A DNA stretch of 64,000 nucleotides from a virus (IMGVR_UViG_3300025276_000023:32001-96000); one strand, 5' to 3'. Positions 9,762 to 19,107 are shown, counted from the first letter of the stretch. Made by a program: numbers and translations. Notes: generated by a model from the letters alone, not told the origin.

Positions 9762-10475
9762 ATGAATAAATTAATACTTGTACTCAATGCACCTGATGAA
9801 CAGTTCTTTCTAGAAGAGATCATTCTTGATAAAGACCGTTCACCTAAAGTAGATCAATTACTTAACCAGTTAAAGCTTTCATTTGTCAATACAGATAAGA
9901 ACATTGAATCGCCCAATGAAACAATGGCTTTCAGCGTAAACGCCTATAAGAACACTACAGCTAGTTCTTTACTACGTGCCATGAAGTCACTTTACATTGT
10001 CTTAACTGCGATAGTGTCTGTTCGCGATGTTAAATTCAATATGGTGACGGAGGAAGATAAAGTAATCATTTCTTCTTCTACGCGTTATGGAACTCCAGCT
10101 TACCCTAGAGTTCCACTTACTGAATCTGGACTACCATTAAACTTCCTTTCAAATAAAGGACATTTAATGTTACCCGTTGGCAATGAGAAATTTAAACAAT
10201 TCTTTATTGGTGGCAGATGTCCAATAGAAGTGACTTGCATCAATGAAATCTTTTCATATAGCACAACGCCTAGAACTGACCTAGAGCAAAGCTGTCTATC
10301 TATCGATGATGATAACATAACACTTAGCTACAATACAGATGCAGGCTACACTAGCATTGATTATCGACGTGACGTACTGATTCCTTTAATGGATCTTGAC
10401 AAAAACCTTTTTGCTCTTGATGAAAATGCAGCTGTTCATGCAAATGCACTTAAGACAATCCACTCTACTCTATAA
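9762..10475 (+). CDS. Hypothetical protein (possible paralog of 10485)
   Basis: 237 aa, AAGGA RBS. Confidence 0.65.
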   Translation: MNKLILVLNAPDEQFFLEEIILDKDRSPKVDQLLNQLKLSFVNTDKNIESPNETMAFSVNAYKNTTASSLLRAMKSLYIVLTAIVSVRDVKFNMVTEEDKVIISSSTRYGTPAYPRVPLTESGLPLNFLSNKGHLMLPVGNEKFKQFFIGGRCPIEVTCINEIFSYSTTPRTDLEQSCLSIDDDNITLSYNTDAGYTSIDYRRDVLIPLMDLDKNLFALDENAAVHANALKTIHSTL

Positions 10476-10484
10476 GGAGCCCTC

Positions 10485-11285
10485 ATGGCTTTAGTAAACG
10501 AAACGAAAACAAGCGCTCCTCCAAAGACCTCTTTATTAAAAGAGTTCTCTCCGAAATTATTGAAGGTGGTACTTCTCAATCCTATTGGTGAAAGAAGTGA
10601 TCTTAGTGCTGAGACTGCAATTAGCATCCCACTTGACCGTAAATTAATGAAAAGACAAACCTCTTTCTTACATCGTCTCTCTGATGTGTTAAAAGACCAT
10701 GTTGACTATGATGACATACTTGGTTACTTTACGATAACGTTTGAAGACTTTCGCAGACATTATCAAGTAAGTACTTTTTACAATCCTATTTCGTTACTTG
10801 AATTGTTTCTTCAAAACATATTGAACAATAGCAGTGTCGGTACTTCAGTCATCGGAATTGAAGGTCTGAGTGCTTTCAAACTTTATGACATTGATACAGG
10901 TAAAATAATCACTTACGATACACGACTAGCTAACCGTCTAATGCATATAGGTGCTTTTAAATCTCAGAACTATTATAAGATTCCTTATAATTCAGTAGAT
11001 GGATTAATTGACGTTATCTCTAATGAAACAGGTACTCACAAACTAATCATTGAAAACGGTGAAGTGGTAGACATTGAAATGCTATTCAATACCCGTTGCT
11101 CAATGAATGAGGAAGGTTTGACTTTCCCCACTGCCTATGGTGAGACGTGTATTAAATTTGATGATGAGTTAGAGCTAACGATGGGTTCGCTTCGAACGTT
11201 ATCTGATAATCGTCTCGTTAAAGACTTTGTGGAATTATTGAAATACGGACTGGTTGAAAAAACAGTTGTAAGTGGTCGTTACTGA
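10485..11285 (+). CDS. Hypothetical protein
   Basis: 266 aa, AAGGAG RBS. Confidence 0.65.
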   Translation: MALVNETKTSAPPKTSLLKEFSPKLLKVVLLNPIGERSDLSAETAISIPLDRKLMKRQTSFLHRLSDVLKDHVDYDDILGYFTITFEDFRRHYQVSTFYNPISLLELFLQNILNNSSVGTSVIGIEGLSAFKLYDIDTGKIITYDTRLANRLMHIGAFKSQNYYKIPYNSVDGLIDVISNETGTHKLIIENGEVVDIEMLFNTRCSMNEEGLTFPTAYGETCIKFDDELELTMGSLRTLSDNRLVKDFVELLKYGLVEKTVVSGRY

Positions 11286-11293
11286 TAATACGT

Positions 11294-11318
11294 AGAGGGG
11301 ATTGATTTCCCCTCTTTT
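11294..11318 (+). terminator. Rho-independent terminator
   Basis: AGAGGGGA ttgatt TCCCCTCT followed by T run. Confidence 0.7.
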
Positions 11319-11346
11319 ATCAATGTTTTTTTTTCGAAACAATTTA

Positions 11347-11368
11347 ACACACATATCCTAAACGTGAA
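11347..11368 (+). promoter_or_regulatory. Putative early promoter variant
   Basis: CACATATCCTAAACGTGAA aligns with YATATnnTwnnnRTGA. Confidence 0.45.
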
Positions 11369-11392
11369 TTTAAACCAACTAAGGAATTAAAA

Positions 11393-11980
11393 ATGGTAAA
11401 TATAAGTTTAGAGAAGTATTCAGAGCTACAGAAAAGATACTTGTTAAAAGGTCTGGTTTCAGGCTTTACAGGTACGCTACTGATTGCTGTTCTAACGATG
11501 GAGATAGTAAGTAACTTTTCAACAGACATTATTCTACTAAAGAATTATCTAATGAATGTTCCAATGATACTAATCCTAGTACCTTGTATAAAACACCTGA
11601 TTAAGAAACATCCGATTAACTGTTACCGACTAAAAGGAATACTGAGCATAGCAGGTTTAGTCATGCTTGTGTTTGTAGAGATCTTTGGTCTAAGTAAGAA
11701 TTGGTATTTGGTAGATGCGGCTATCGTTAGCCTAGGAGGGTTGTTAATGATGACACATAACAGTTACTATAAAGCATGTGTTAATAATAAATGTAAAGAC
11801 TTCTCTGAGATGTGTGGCTATGTAGAACTATTCACTAATCTTACTTATGTATTTGTAGGTGTTGCCATTGTAGCTATGGATATACCCACTCTAGTAATAT
11901 TGTCGCTAGCCCTTCCATTGGAATGTATAGAACGTTATCTAGAAAACAAATGTGCGTATGAGGTATATACGACTAGTTGA
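11393..11980 (+). CDS. Polytopic membrane protein (about 5 TM segments)
   Basis: Several long hydrophobic stretches; AAGGA RBS; flanked by its own promoter-like motif and terminator. Confidence 0.7.
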   Translation: MVNISLEKYSELQKRYLLKGLVSGFTGTLLIAVLTMEIVSNFSTDIILLKNYLMNVPMILILVPCIKHLIKKHPINCYRLKGILSIAGLVMLVFVEIFGLSKNWYLVDAAIVSLGGLLMMTHNSYYKACVNNKCKDFSEMCGYVELFTNLTYVFVGVAIVAMDIPTLVILSLALPLECIERYLENKCAYEVYTTS

Positions 11981-11983
11981 ATA

Positions 11984-12013
11984 AAGGGGCATTGTGCCCC
12001 TTAGTTCTTTTTT
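11984..12013 (+). terminator. Rho-independent terminator
   Basis: AAGGGGCA ttg TGCCCCTT then T-rich. Confidence 0.7.
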
Positions 12014-12035
12014 GTTTAAATGCAATTAATTTGAG

Positions 12036-12072
12036 ATCTATATAGTAAATATGAGATAACTAACTTAAACAA
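12036..12072 (+). promoter_or_regulatory. Putative early promoter/leader, 37-bp repeat copy 1
   Basis: ATCTATATAGTAAATATGAGATAACTAACTTAAACAA identical at 46680..46716. Confidence 0.75.
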
Positions 12073-12090
12073 CCTTCTAAGGAATATAAC

Positions 12091-12423
12091 ATGAAAGAAT
12101 TTAACGTAACAGTAGTCGTTGGTAAAGAAAGCGAATTTGGCGGTCAAGACTTTGCAGAGTTTAATATTCCACTATTACTTATAGATAAACCAGATGACCT
12201 GTCTCTTTATCTTACGAGCGTTGACGTTGCTTCTACCTGGGCTGCTAATTCATTCGACCCTGATATGCTAGGTTGCTTACGTAAACAGTTACGTAAAGTA
12301 GCTAAGATAGATATCAGTGAATGTACTAGCGAACAAGAAGCGCTTGACGTTGTAGTTAACCATGAAGACTTCGATGCCATATATGAATATACGTTTGACC
12401 TTACCATCACAGCAATTAAATAA
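12091..12423 (+). CDS. Hypothetical acidic early protein
   Basis: 110 aa, AAGGA RBS, first gene after the promoter repeat. Confidence 0.7.
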   Translation: MKEFNVTVVVGKESEFGGQDFAEFNIPLLLIDKPDDLSLYLTSVDVASTWAANSFDPDMLGCLRKQLRKVAKIDISECTSEQEALDVVVNHEDFDAIYEYTFDLTITAIK

Positions 12424-12428
12424 TACTC

Positions 12429-12459
12429 GTAGGGTGACAATGGTGTCGCCTTACTTTTT
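12429..12459 (+). terminator. Hairpin / weak terminator
   Basis: GTAGGGTGAC aatggt GTCGCCTTAC TTTTT. Confidence 0.55.
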
Positions 12460-12478
12460 AACAAACTAAGGAAATACC

Positions 12479-12895
12479 ATGAACTTATTTAAACAACTAG
12501 CAATCGCAACAGTAGCCGGTGCAGTAGTAGGCGCAGTAGTAGCAGGCGTTTATAATTCAAAAGCAGAGAAAGCAGTGGTTAAGAAAGATGAACCAGCTAA
12601 GGTTGTTCGCAGCCTTTTACTTTCAATAGATGCCGAGACTATAGAAGTTAACTATAGCGTCGACATTACCAGAGACGGTACTAACATCTCTGTTATTAAA
12701 GGTGATGAGTTCAAAACTACTGATGCGGTAGCATTGCGTGAAGTTGCGTTAGCGGTAATGAGCTTGGACGTTAACTACGCTAATTACATCGGCGAAGGTT
12801 CAATAGAAGACCGTACTCGTCGTGCTAAGTCTTATAAGTCAAGTACTCACTGTACTCTACGTAGTGGAGTTTCTATCGCTGTTAAAATGGGATAA
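12479..12895 (+). CDS. Small N-terminally membrane-anchored protein
   Basis: LAIATVAGAVVGAVVAGVY hydrophobic helix then Lys-rich linker; AAGGA RBS. Confidence 0.7.
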   Translation: MNLFKQLAIATVAGAVVGAVVAGVYNSKAEKAVVKKDEPAKVVRSLLLSIDAETIEVNYSVDITRDGTNISVIKGDEFKTTDAVALREVALAVMSLDVNYANYIGEGSIEDRTRRAKSYKSSTHCTLRSGVSIAVKMG

Positions 12896-12900
12896 TTAAA

Positions 12901-13311
12901 ATGAGCTATACCCTAGATAAGATCAAAACTAAAATAAAACAAATGAGTCTTATGTATGCAGTTGACGATTTCAACATGGTACTTCTAGGGTGTTCATCTA
13001 ACGTGATGAAGGAGCATCTGGAAGACTGTGAAAGAATTGAGATCAAACTACCTACAGACGACTACGACCGCTTAAAGAAACACAGAGAGTTCTCTAATGG
13101 CATTATCATTGGAGACTTCGAATACATGACCTCAACTAAATTCCCTGGGGTTGTATTCTACCGTGGTTCTGAAAAGTACACTAGCTATGTTAAGATTTCT
13201 AGATGTAATGAACTATACTGTTACACCGAAGAATCAAACTGTAAACACACTAAATTAATTTCTCTAGTTCAACAAAAGATTAGAGAACGTCGCAAAGCTT
13301 CTAAAGCATAA
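12901..13311 (+). CDS. Hypothetical protein, degenerate nucleotidyltransferase-like (similar to 8992)
   Basis: MVLLGCSSNVMKEHLEDCERIEIKLPTDDYDRL aligns with the 8992 motif region. Confidence 0.55.
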   Translation: MSYTLDKIKTKIKQMSLMYAVDDFNMVLLGCSSNVMKEHLEDCERIEIKLPTDDYDRLKKHREFSNGIIIGDFEYMTSTKFPGVVFYRGSEKYTSYVKISRCNELYCYTEESNCKHTKLISLVQQKIRERRKASKA

Positions 13312-13320
13312 GGAATTATC

Positions 13321-13605
13321 ATGTTAAAATTATTCACTTCTAAAGTAACAACTGTAGCACCATCTGTAGTAACTGGCTCTTTAAATATATCTACTGATGA
13401 ACAATACAGCTTCATCGTATCGACTAATGCTTCTGGTAAATTAGAATCATGTTCTGTAATAGGCAATCTTACGGTAACTGCTGACATTATCAGACAGCAG
13501 TTAGAAATAGCTGTAATGTCCGGCGCTAAGAAACTAGGTGACTTTATTACTATGGAGTTAGCTGTTGGTTTTGATGTTCCAACATCTGCAATCACAATAC
13601 ACTAA
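13321..13605 (+). CDS. Hypothetical protein
   Basis: 94 aa, AAGGA RBS. Confidence 0.65.
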   Translation: MLKLFTSKVTTVAPSVVTGSLNISTDEQYSFIVSTNASGKLESCSVIGNLTVTADIIRQQLEIAVMSGAKKLGDFITMELAVGFDVPTSAITIH

Positions 13606-13651
13606 ACATAAACAGCTTCCGCCATGGAAGCTGTTAGTTTTATTTTTTTTT
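13605..13651 (+). terminator. Rho-independent terminator
   Basis: AACAGCTTCC gccat GGAAGCTGTT plus T run; related to the terminators at 23481 and 48216. Confidence 0.75.
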
Positions 13652-13666
13652 ATGTAATACATTATA

Positions 13667-13686
13667 AATCTATATTATTGATGTAG
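13667..13686 (+). promoter_or_regulatory. Putative early promoter
   Basis: AATCTATATTATTGATGTAG following a terminator. Confidence 0.5.
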
Positions 13687-13710
13687 TATATAACCACTAA
13701 GGACTAAAGG

Positions 13711-14100
13711 ATGTGCATACTTAGACCAGTAAATGGTCAGGACGATTTAGAATATGTAGTTATCGTAACTCAGTTCACGCAAGAAGAATATGATTCTTTC
13801 TATAAATCTGGTTCAGTTACTTTGTTTATGATCGACTCCATAGAAACATTAAAACTGAAGATAGCTAAAATTTCTAAGATATTGTCAGATTCATTCACTG
13901 CTACATATTTCGGTGCAGATATCTTTCACTATTTACTATTGCTACCTTGTCTAGTGTCTAAAGAAGCAGAGGACCATGAAGCCAGTATAGTTAACATGAC
14001 TGTTATGTTTTTAGATTCTGTGCTGAGAATAAGAGTGTCCCATAACGATGAAGAATACCAAGACATGACTGTCCATACAAGAACCAAAACACTACACTAA
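13711..14100 (+). CDS. Hypothetical protein
   Basis: 129 aa, AAGGA RBS. Confidence 0.6.
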   Translation: MCILRPVNGQDDLEYVVIVTQFTQEEYDSFYKSGSVTLFMIDSIETLKLKIAKISKILSDSFTATYFGADIFHYLLLLPCLVSKEAEDHEASIVNMTVMFLDSVLRIRVSHNDEEYQDMTVHTRTKTLH

Positions 14101-14115
14101 TAAGGAATTGTGTAA

Positions 14116-14568
14116 ATGAGTAAAATTTCTGATAGTTACATTCTATCAAAACTCCACCTCAATAAACATAAAAAGAAACTTGACAAAGAATCTTATCCTT
14201 TCAAAGGAACCGTCAAGTTATTAATAGAAGATATTTTTGAAGGTAGTTCTACTAAATTCACAGATCGTTTAAATGAATACATCGCTGTTGATCCAGTTCT
14301 GTTTAGTATCTTCTACGCATTCCATTTAATAGGTAGAGAAAATAAATACCTTTTCATGGAAATTCTAATAGAAGCGCGTGAAGATAAGTCCACTTTTAAA
14401 ATGGAGAAGTACCGTAAAGATCATAGAAGTGAAATATCGAAGCTATTAAATAAGTCTGTGTCCGCACTTCATATAGAAGGACTTGGGTTAACTGAAACTC
14501 AAGTCCTAGTAACGTGTATTTCAAAACATGCTAGATACATAATAGAAAAAATAGAAGAGAGAGTTTAA
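14116..14568 (+). CDS. Hypothetical protein
   Basis: 150 aa, AAGGA RBS. Confidence 0.6.
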   Translation: MSKISDSYILSKLHLNKHKKKLDKESYPFKGTVKLLIEDIFEGSSTKFTDRLNEYIAVDPVLFSIFYAFHLIGRENKYLFMEILIEAREDKSTFKMEKYRKDHRSEISKLLNKSVSALHIEGLGLTETQVLVTCISKHARYIIEKIEERV

Positions 14569-14571
14569 GTT

Positions 14572-15309
14572 ATGAAGAAGTTAGTCATCTCACTTGACAT
14601 GGAAACAAACAATCACAACAAGCCTCGTTTAGATATAGGCGGTAACGTTGAGATAGGTGTTTTAAAAACAGCGCTATTGGAAATAGGCTTTATAGTTTAT
14701 GAACAAGAAATACAAAACGGTAAAGTAACACTTACTGAAGTATTGCGCCATCAGTCTTATATATATAACCCCGCTCCAGCAGTATGGGTAGAAGCTCCTC
14801 CAATCGTTCTAGAGTTACATACCAAGTCTGGTTTCAAGCCATTGTACGATCAGTTCGTTAAAGACTGTGAATATAACTCAGTTGCTAAAAACACATACAG
14901 CGAACAAGTAGTTGATGAGTATGCTGCTGCTATATTAGAAGATTTGTTACGTACTAAATATCCTAAGTTATTTGATCGTGCCCTATACGAATCAGGTAAT
15001 CTCCACGCACTGACTGTCGTCGGTAAAAACGTCCAGTTCGATATCGGTTTCATGAATACAAGATTGCCTAGAACAGCGATGTTCTTTAACTATCAGGTAA
15101 TCGATGTGTCTATGATGCGTAACATGCTCAGATCTTTGGGTAACGATAAGCTAAAAGGAATCAGTAAAACTAAATCTACTCACTTTGCAATAGATGACTG
15201 TGAATCGGCTACAGCTGACTATAAAGCTACCTTAGAAGTCTTCTTAGAGAAATTCCCTGATACTGTGGAATATTTCCAACAATACAAACAGAACCAGGAA
15301 CCGCTATGA
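14572..15309 (+). CDS. DEDDh 3'-5' exonuclease, oligoribonuclease/DnaQ-like
   Basis: ExoI LDMET, LLEIG, ExoII GKNVQFDIGF, YQVIDVS, ExoIII HFAIDD. Confidence 0.8.
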   Translation: MKKLVISLDMETNNHNKPRLDIGGNVEIGVLKTALLEIGFIVYEQEIQNGKVTLTEVLRHQSYIYNPAPAVWVEAPPIVLELHTKSGFKPLYDQFVKDCEYNSVAKNTYSEQVVDEYAAAILEDLLRTKYPKLFDRALYESGNLHALTVVGKNVQFDIGFMNTRLPRTAMFFNYQVIDVSMMRNMLRSLGNDKLKGISKTKSTHFAIDDCESATADYKATLEVFLEKFPDTVEYFQQYKQNQEPL

Positions 15310-15494
15310 GAAATTTCGAATATCGCCTTCACCATGCAAGTGGTCGAGTTACTAAGATCGTTTTACTTGGCAACACTAAACGTGAAGCAGAAGATAAGAT
15401 TAAAAAGTTTCATCCTAAAATAGCAGAAAGTAAAAGCTATTGTTTCTTAGGTGAAATAACACTTCAGTATTCGACACAGTCTCGTCGTCGTTAA
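15306..15494 (+). CDS. Small basic hypothetical protein
   Basis: 62 aa, ATGA overlap, AGGA RBS. Confidence 0.55.
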   Translation: MRNFEYRLHHASGRVTKIVLLGNTKREAEDKIKKFHPKIAESKSYCFLGEITLQYSTQSRRR

Positions 15495-15506
15495 ACTAAA
15501 CTCTTT

Positions 15507-15538
15507 AAAGGAAGGCGAGTTGTCTTCCTTTATGTTTG
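15507..15538 (+). terminator. Rho-independent terminator
   Basis: AAAGGAAGGCG agt TGTCTTCCTTT ATGTTT; near-copy at 46633. Confidence 0.7.
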
Positions 15539-15553
15539 CTATAGGAGCAGAAT

Positions 15554-16189
15554 ATGAAATTTGAAGTAAGCGATACAGAAGGAGAGTTGGCTGTAACATT
15601 TGAATTAACGTTACCTCAAAATCCTAATTTAGATGTTGTTGTAAAGAGACGTATTAAAACCCTCACAGAGCTTCTAGGAGCTACTGTACGCTTCCCATAC
15701 TTCGATACTGGTACAACTGAGTTAGTTATACCTACCGACTGGTTACGACGCTATTCAGAGTACATTGAGATTCTAGTACTTAACTGCTGTGATTTTAAAT
15801 CAGTAGATGGTGAGTTCATTAGATTGAACAATCCAGAATTACAAACTCTCCAATTCCTGATGAAGAGCGATGTTCCTAGGAGTTGTCTTAACACGGAATA
15901 CTTAAGAGATAACGGGTTCTTTATCGTAGGTTTCTCAGAAGATACTATAAGCCCTCATATGTACACACTAAGGAACGATAACGTATTACATAGAGCGTAT
16001 GTATTCGAAGAAGGTGGCGTTACTTACATTGGCTTTAAGGAAGTTGTATCGTTGTCTATAGAACCGAGTATGTCTAATTTCTTTAACCATCGTGAGTTGG
16101 TTGATTTATTAGAACAAGCTACTGGTAGGAGTTATTACCCTAAGTCATTTCCTAATGGCTACCTTACAGCATTAGAATTGTTTTACTAA
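15554..16189 (+). CDS. Hypothetical protein
   Basis: 211 aa, AGGAG RBS. Confidence 0.65.
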   Translation: MKFEVSDTEGELAVTFELTLPQNPNLDVVVKRRIKTLTELLGATVRFPYFDTGTTELVIPTDWLRRYSEYIEILVLNCCDFKSVDGEFIRLNNPELQTLQFLMKSDVPRSCLNTEYLRDNGFFIVGFSEDTISPHMYTLRNDNVLHRAYVFEEGGVTYIGFKEVVSLSIEPSMSNFFNHRELVDLLEQATGRSYYPKSFPNGYLTALELFY

Positions 16190-16320
16190 AAAGTATTATT
16201 TTACACACCCTCGATATAGTTTGAGGAATTTATTTCTCCCCATTGTTTGTCAAAACAATGGTAGAGGGAGGAGCGAAGCGACAACAACAGAACTAAGTTA
16301 ACACTTAGAAGGAAAGAGTT

Positions 16321-16857
16321 ATGCTAATGATTACATCTGCTAGAGAATTAAATGACATCAATATCCATTTATCTATAGCGAGACAGGTATTGAAACTATA
16401 CCTTACTGATCACAATGCCCATGCGTTATATGGTAATCTAGCTTACAGTTTAGCTAAGATGGAATTCCCTCCAATCAATAAAGAACAAGGGAAGAGTAAA
16501 TTCCTAACAGAAGAAGAACGTTCAGGTTTTAAAGAAGCCGAAGGGTATACGTTAGATATGTTTAAATCTCACTATACTGGCACTGTAGGTCCAAACGCTA
16601 TGTACAGTTATATCGGTACCTATGTCATTACAGATATGTTACTCATGGACTATTGGAATAACCCAGTAACAGGTGAAGGGTTAGCTAGTTACATACAGGA
16701 TACATTTTCATTGTCTACAACAAACTATGGTGATGTATTAGACGAGCAACATGAGAGTATTAAATTTGCTATTGCGAATGACAATACTTCATTCACTATA
16801 TACGAGCCATTGAAGTATTTTATCAATGGGCTAATAAAAGAAATTAGAGGGAAGTAA
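16321..16857 (+). CDS. Hypothetical protein
   Basis: 178 aa, AAGGA RBS, follows a structured intergenic region. Confidence 0.65.
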   Translation: MLMITSARELNDINIHLSIARQVLKLYLTDHNAHALYGNLAYSLAKMEFPPINKEQGKSKFLTEEERSGFKEAEGYTLDMFKSHYTGTVGPNAMYSYIGTYVITDMLLMDYWNNPVTGEGLASYIQDTFSLSTTNYGDVLDEQHESIKFAIANDNTSFTIYEPLKYFINGLIKEIRGK

Positions 16858-16858
16858 T

Positions 16859-17578
16859 ATGTATCAGATAGGTGAGAGAACAGCAGGTGCGTATGTTCAA
16901 ACTTTGCAAGAGAAAATTAAATATCTTAAAGCAGCTAAAGAAGAACCGTTCGTTATTGAGCCGCATTTCAAAAAGATCTGGAGCGAGATGCAAACGCTTG
17001 TGCCGTATCTTAAGATGATTTCATCTTTCTCTAAGCGTTACTGTGGGTTTGTCGAGTACGGCTTCCCTAGCACGTTAGAGAGATCAGAATGGGTAGGTTA
17101 TTGCAATACAGCAGATGAGGGTTACGGCTTTCCATTTGCAGATGGACCAGCGAGACGAAGCGCAGGGGTTTATATTAAAGTACTGATGAGTAAGATCGAG
17201 CAAAGAACCAATTTAAGATTTCCAGTAAAATGGGGAGATAGAAAGTGGGTATATGAAGATCTATACTTCGATGTTTCTAGTGACTTTAAATACACCTATG
17301 AAAAGTTCTTAGAAGATAGCGACTTAAAGGACGAAGCAACCGCAACCATCCTTTATGATTTCATATTAAAGAATTCGTGGGAAGAGGATTACGTTAAAAC
17401 CCTAGAGCAGGTAAATAAATTCACCCTTGATATCATGAATGAAGACGATATAGACAGAAAGATTATGCGCATTGAGAACATGATTTCAATCTTTAAGCGA
17501 ATGAACAAAATAAGAGCAATGTCAGTAACACTTACTGCTGACCTTGCTAAAGAACTTGAGGGATTTATAAATGACTAG
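16859..17578 (+). CDS. Hypothetical protein, large member of repeated gene pair (copy 1)
   Basis: PYL..I..F....C block and C-terminal beta-alpha tail shared with 17872. Confidence 0.65.
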   Translation: MYQIGERTAGAYVQTLQEKIKYLKAAKEEPFVIEPHFKKIWSEMQTLVPYLKMISSFSKRYCGFVEYGFPSTLERSEWVGYCNTADEGYGFPFADGPARRSAGVYIKVLMSKIEQRTNLRFPVKWGDRKWVYEDLYFDVSSDFKYTYEKFLEDSDLKDEATATILYDFILKNSWEEDYVKTLEQVNKFTLDIMNEDDIDRKIMRIENMISIFKRMNKIRAMSVTLTADLAKELEGFIND

Positions 17579-17870
17579 ACTATTAGATAAATTTGCATTC
17601 TTTACAGGCAAGGCTGTAGAGTCCGTAGAAGCCATGGAAAATAAAAAGGTAATAGAAGCTATCTTAATTGAATCGGAGACGGTGGGAGAACGTACAGCGC
17701 TTTCTTGTTCTATTAACTTCCAACATCGAATCAATGTAGCTATAAACGATGCCTTGCGTTTAAACTGTATTGAAAAAGGGGATAGTAAACATCTTGCATT
17801 GATAGAGATGAGAGATAGAGTACTGGATTTGGAAACCGATTACTTCTTAAGCAACGTAAAGGACTTTTAA
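17571..17870 (+). CDS. Hypothetical protein, small member of repeated gene pair (copy 1)
   Basis: INDALRLNCIEKGDSKHLA aligns with INDAVEAGCFNEQDGTYLA in 18491. Confidence 0.65.
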   Translation: MTRLLDKFAFFTGKAVESVEAMENKKVIEAILIESETVGERTALSCSINFQHRINVAINDALRLNCIEKGDSKHLALIEMRDRVLDLETDYFLSNVKDF

Positions 17871-17871
17871 A

Positions 17872-18507
17872 ATGGAACTGATCTTTACACCAGAAGAGTT
17901 AGACAACTTGCTAGATAAGGTTATGCTATCTGTCTTTTCAATCTATACTCGCAACAGAGAACAGCCCAAGGTAAGTGATTATGGTTTTGCTATAGATCAG
18001 TTAACTAAACTCACTAAGAAAGTTACACCTTATCTATTACAGTTACATTGGTATCAGAACACGGCATGTAACAATGCTAACTCGTATGCAGAATGTCATG
18101 AACATATGAAATCAGAAATTGAAAACATAATAGACATGGACATCATTTGCTATACAGGTAAGTTCTTTAAGCAAAAACCTGAACATATGTATCGCATAAT
18201 GGGCTTTGGTTTATACCCAAGAACTCATAGTGAATTCAGTAAAGAAAAAATGCTTTCTTTATTTGAAAATCATACGGCTATACCAGAAACAGTATTTGAT
18301 AAAGTAATGTGTGCGAACGTACCAGCCGACGAATGGGTTGACGATAAAGTAATCGATGCAATGGGGGCTGTTAAATTATTTGACCTAGCTCCAATAGAGG
18401 AACTAGTTAAAAGACTTGAGAAGTTAAGAGAGTTTAACGTTTCAATAAAACTAGACGAAGAGTCCATTAATTTAATTAAAGGAGCGTTGGATGAAATCAG
18501 TAATTGA
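17872..18507 (+). CDS. Hypothetical protein, large member of repeated gene pair (copy 2)
   Basis: AAGGA RBS; similarity to 16859 and 20214. Confidence 0.65.
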   Translation: MELIFTPEELDNLLDKVMLSVFSIYTRNREQPKVSDYGFAIDQLTKLTKKVTPYLLQLHWYQNTACNNANSYAECHEHMKSEIENIIDMDIICYTGKFFKQKPEHMYRIMGFGLYPRTHSEFSKEKMLSLFENHTAIPETVFDKVMCANVPADEWVDDKVIDAMGAVKLFDLAPIEELVKRLEKLREFNVSIKLDEESINLIKGALDEISN

Positions 18508-18799
18508 TAATATTAAAAGTCCTCTTTTATTTAACCATGAATTTAAACATGTTTTAGAGAAGCTACGAGATTCACTTAACTGGGCAGCTAACTATGAGGT
18601 AGATGAAACGGGTTCTTATTTTTCAGATATGATAACCAATGTAATGACTTTGTTCCAAGGTAGAATAAACGATGCTGTAGAAGCAGGATGTTTCAATGAA
18701 CAAGACGGTACCTATCTCGCCGTTAGAAAAGAATTCAACGATTCACTAAAACGTATCATCTCAGACTTACTGAAAAAAATACATGATGAAAATAAATGA
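18491..18799 (+). CDS. Hypothetical protein, small member of repeated gene pair (copy 2)
   Basis: AAGGAG RBS inside the upstream gene; paralog of 17571. Confidence 0.65.
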   Translation: MKSVIDNIKSPLLFNHEFKHVLEKLRDSLNWAANYEVDETGSYFSDMITNVMTLFQGRINDAVEAGCFNEQDGTYLAVRKEFNDSLKRIISDLLKKIHDENK

Positions 18800-19106
18800 A
18801 CTAATGTGCACACTGAATGCTAAAGCAGAGAAGTGTGCTTTTTTTAAAAATAGCAAAGCTGAATGCTTAAAAGCGTTAGAAGTTACATTCGGATGCAATA
18901 GTATAATAGCTAAGACTATTTTTGAATGCTTTTATAAAACTTACTATCTAGAAATAGATGAACTAAATAAACTTATCTCATATACGCTGAATATACAAGC
19001 ACGTGAGATAGTACACTATTACGATGAGGATTTCGAGAAGCTACCAGATAAACAACAAGTACTATTCTTGTTATACGTAGCACTGGAATCTAATCTAGGA
19101 AAATAA
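18783..19106 (+). CDS. Hypothetical protein
   Basis: 107-aa ORF packed in the operon. Confidence 0.55.
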   Translation: MMKINELMCTLNAKAEKCAFFKNSKAECLKALEVTFGCNSIIAKTIFECFYKTYYLEIDELNKLISYTLNIQAREIVHYYDEDFEKLPDKQQVLFLLYVALESNLGK

Positions 19107-19107
19107 C

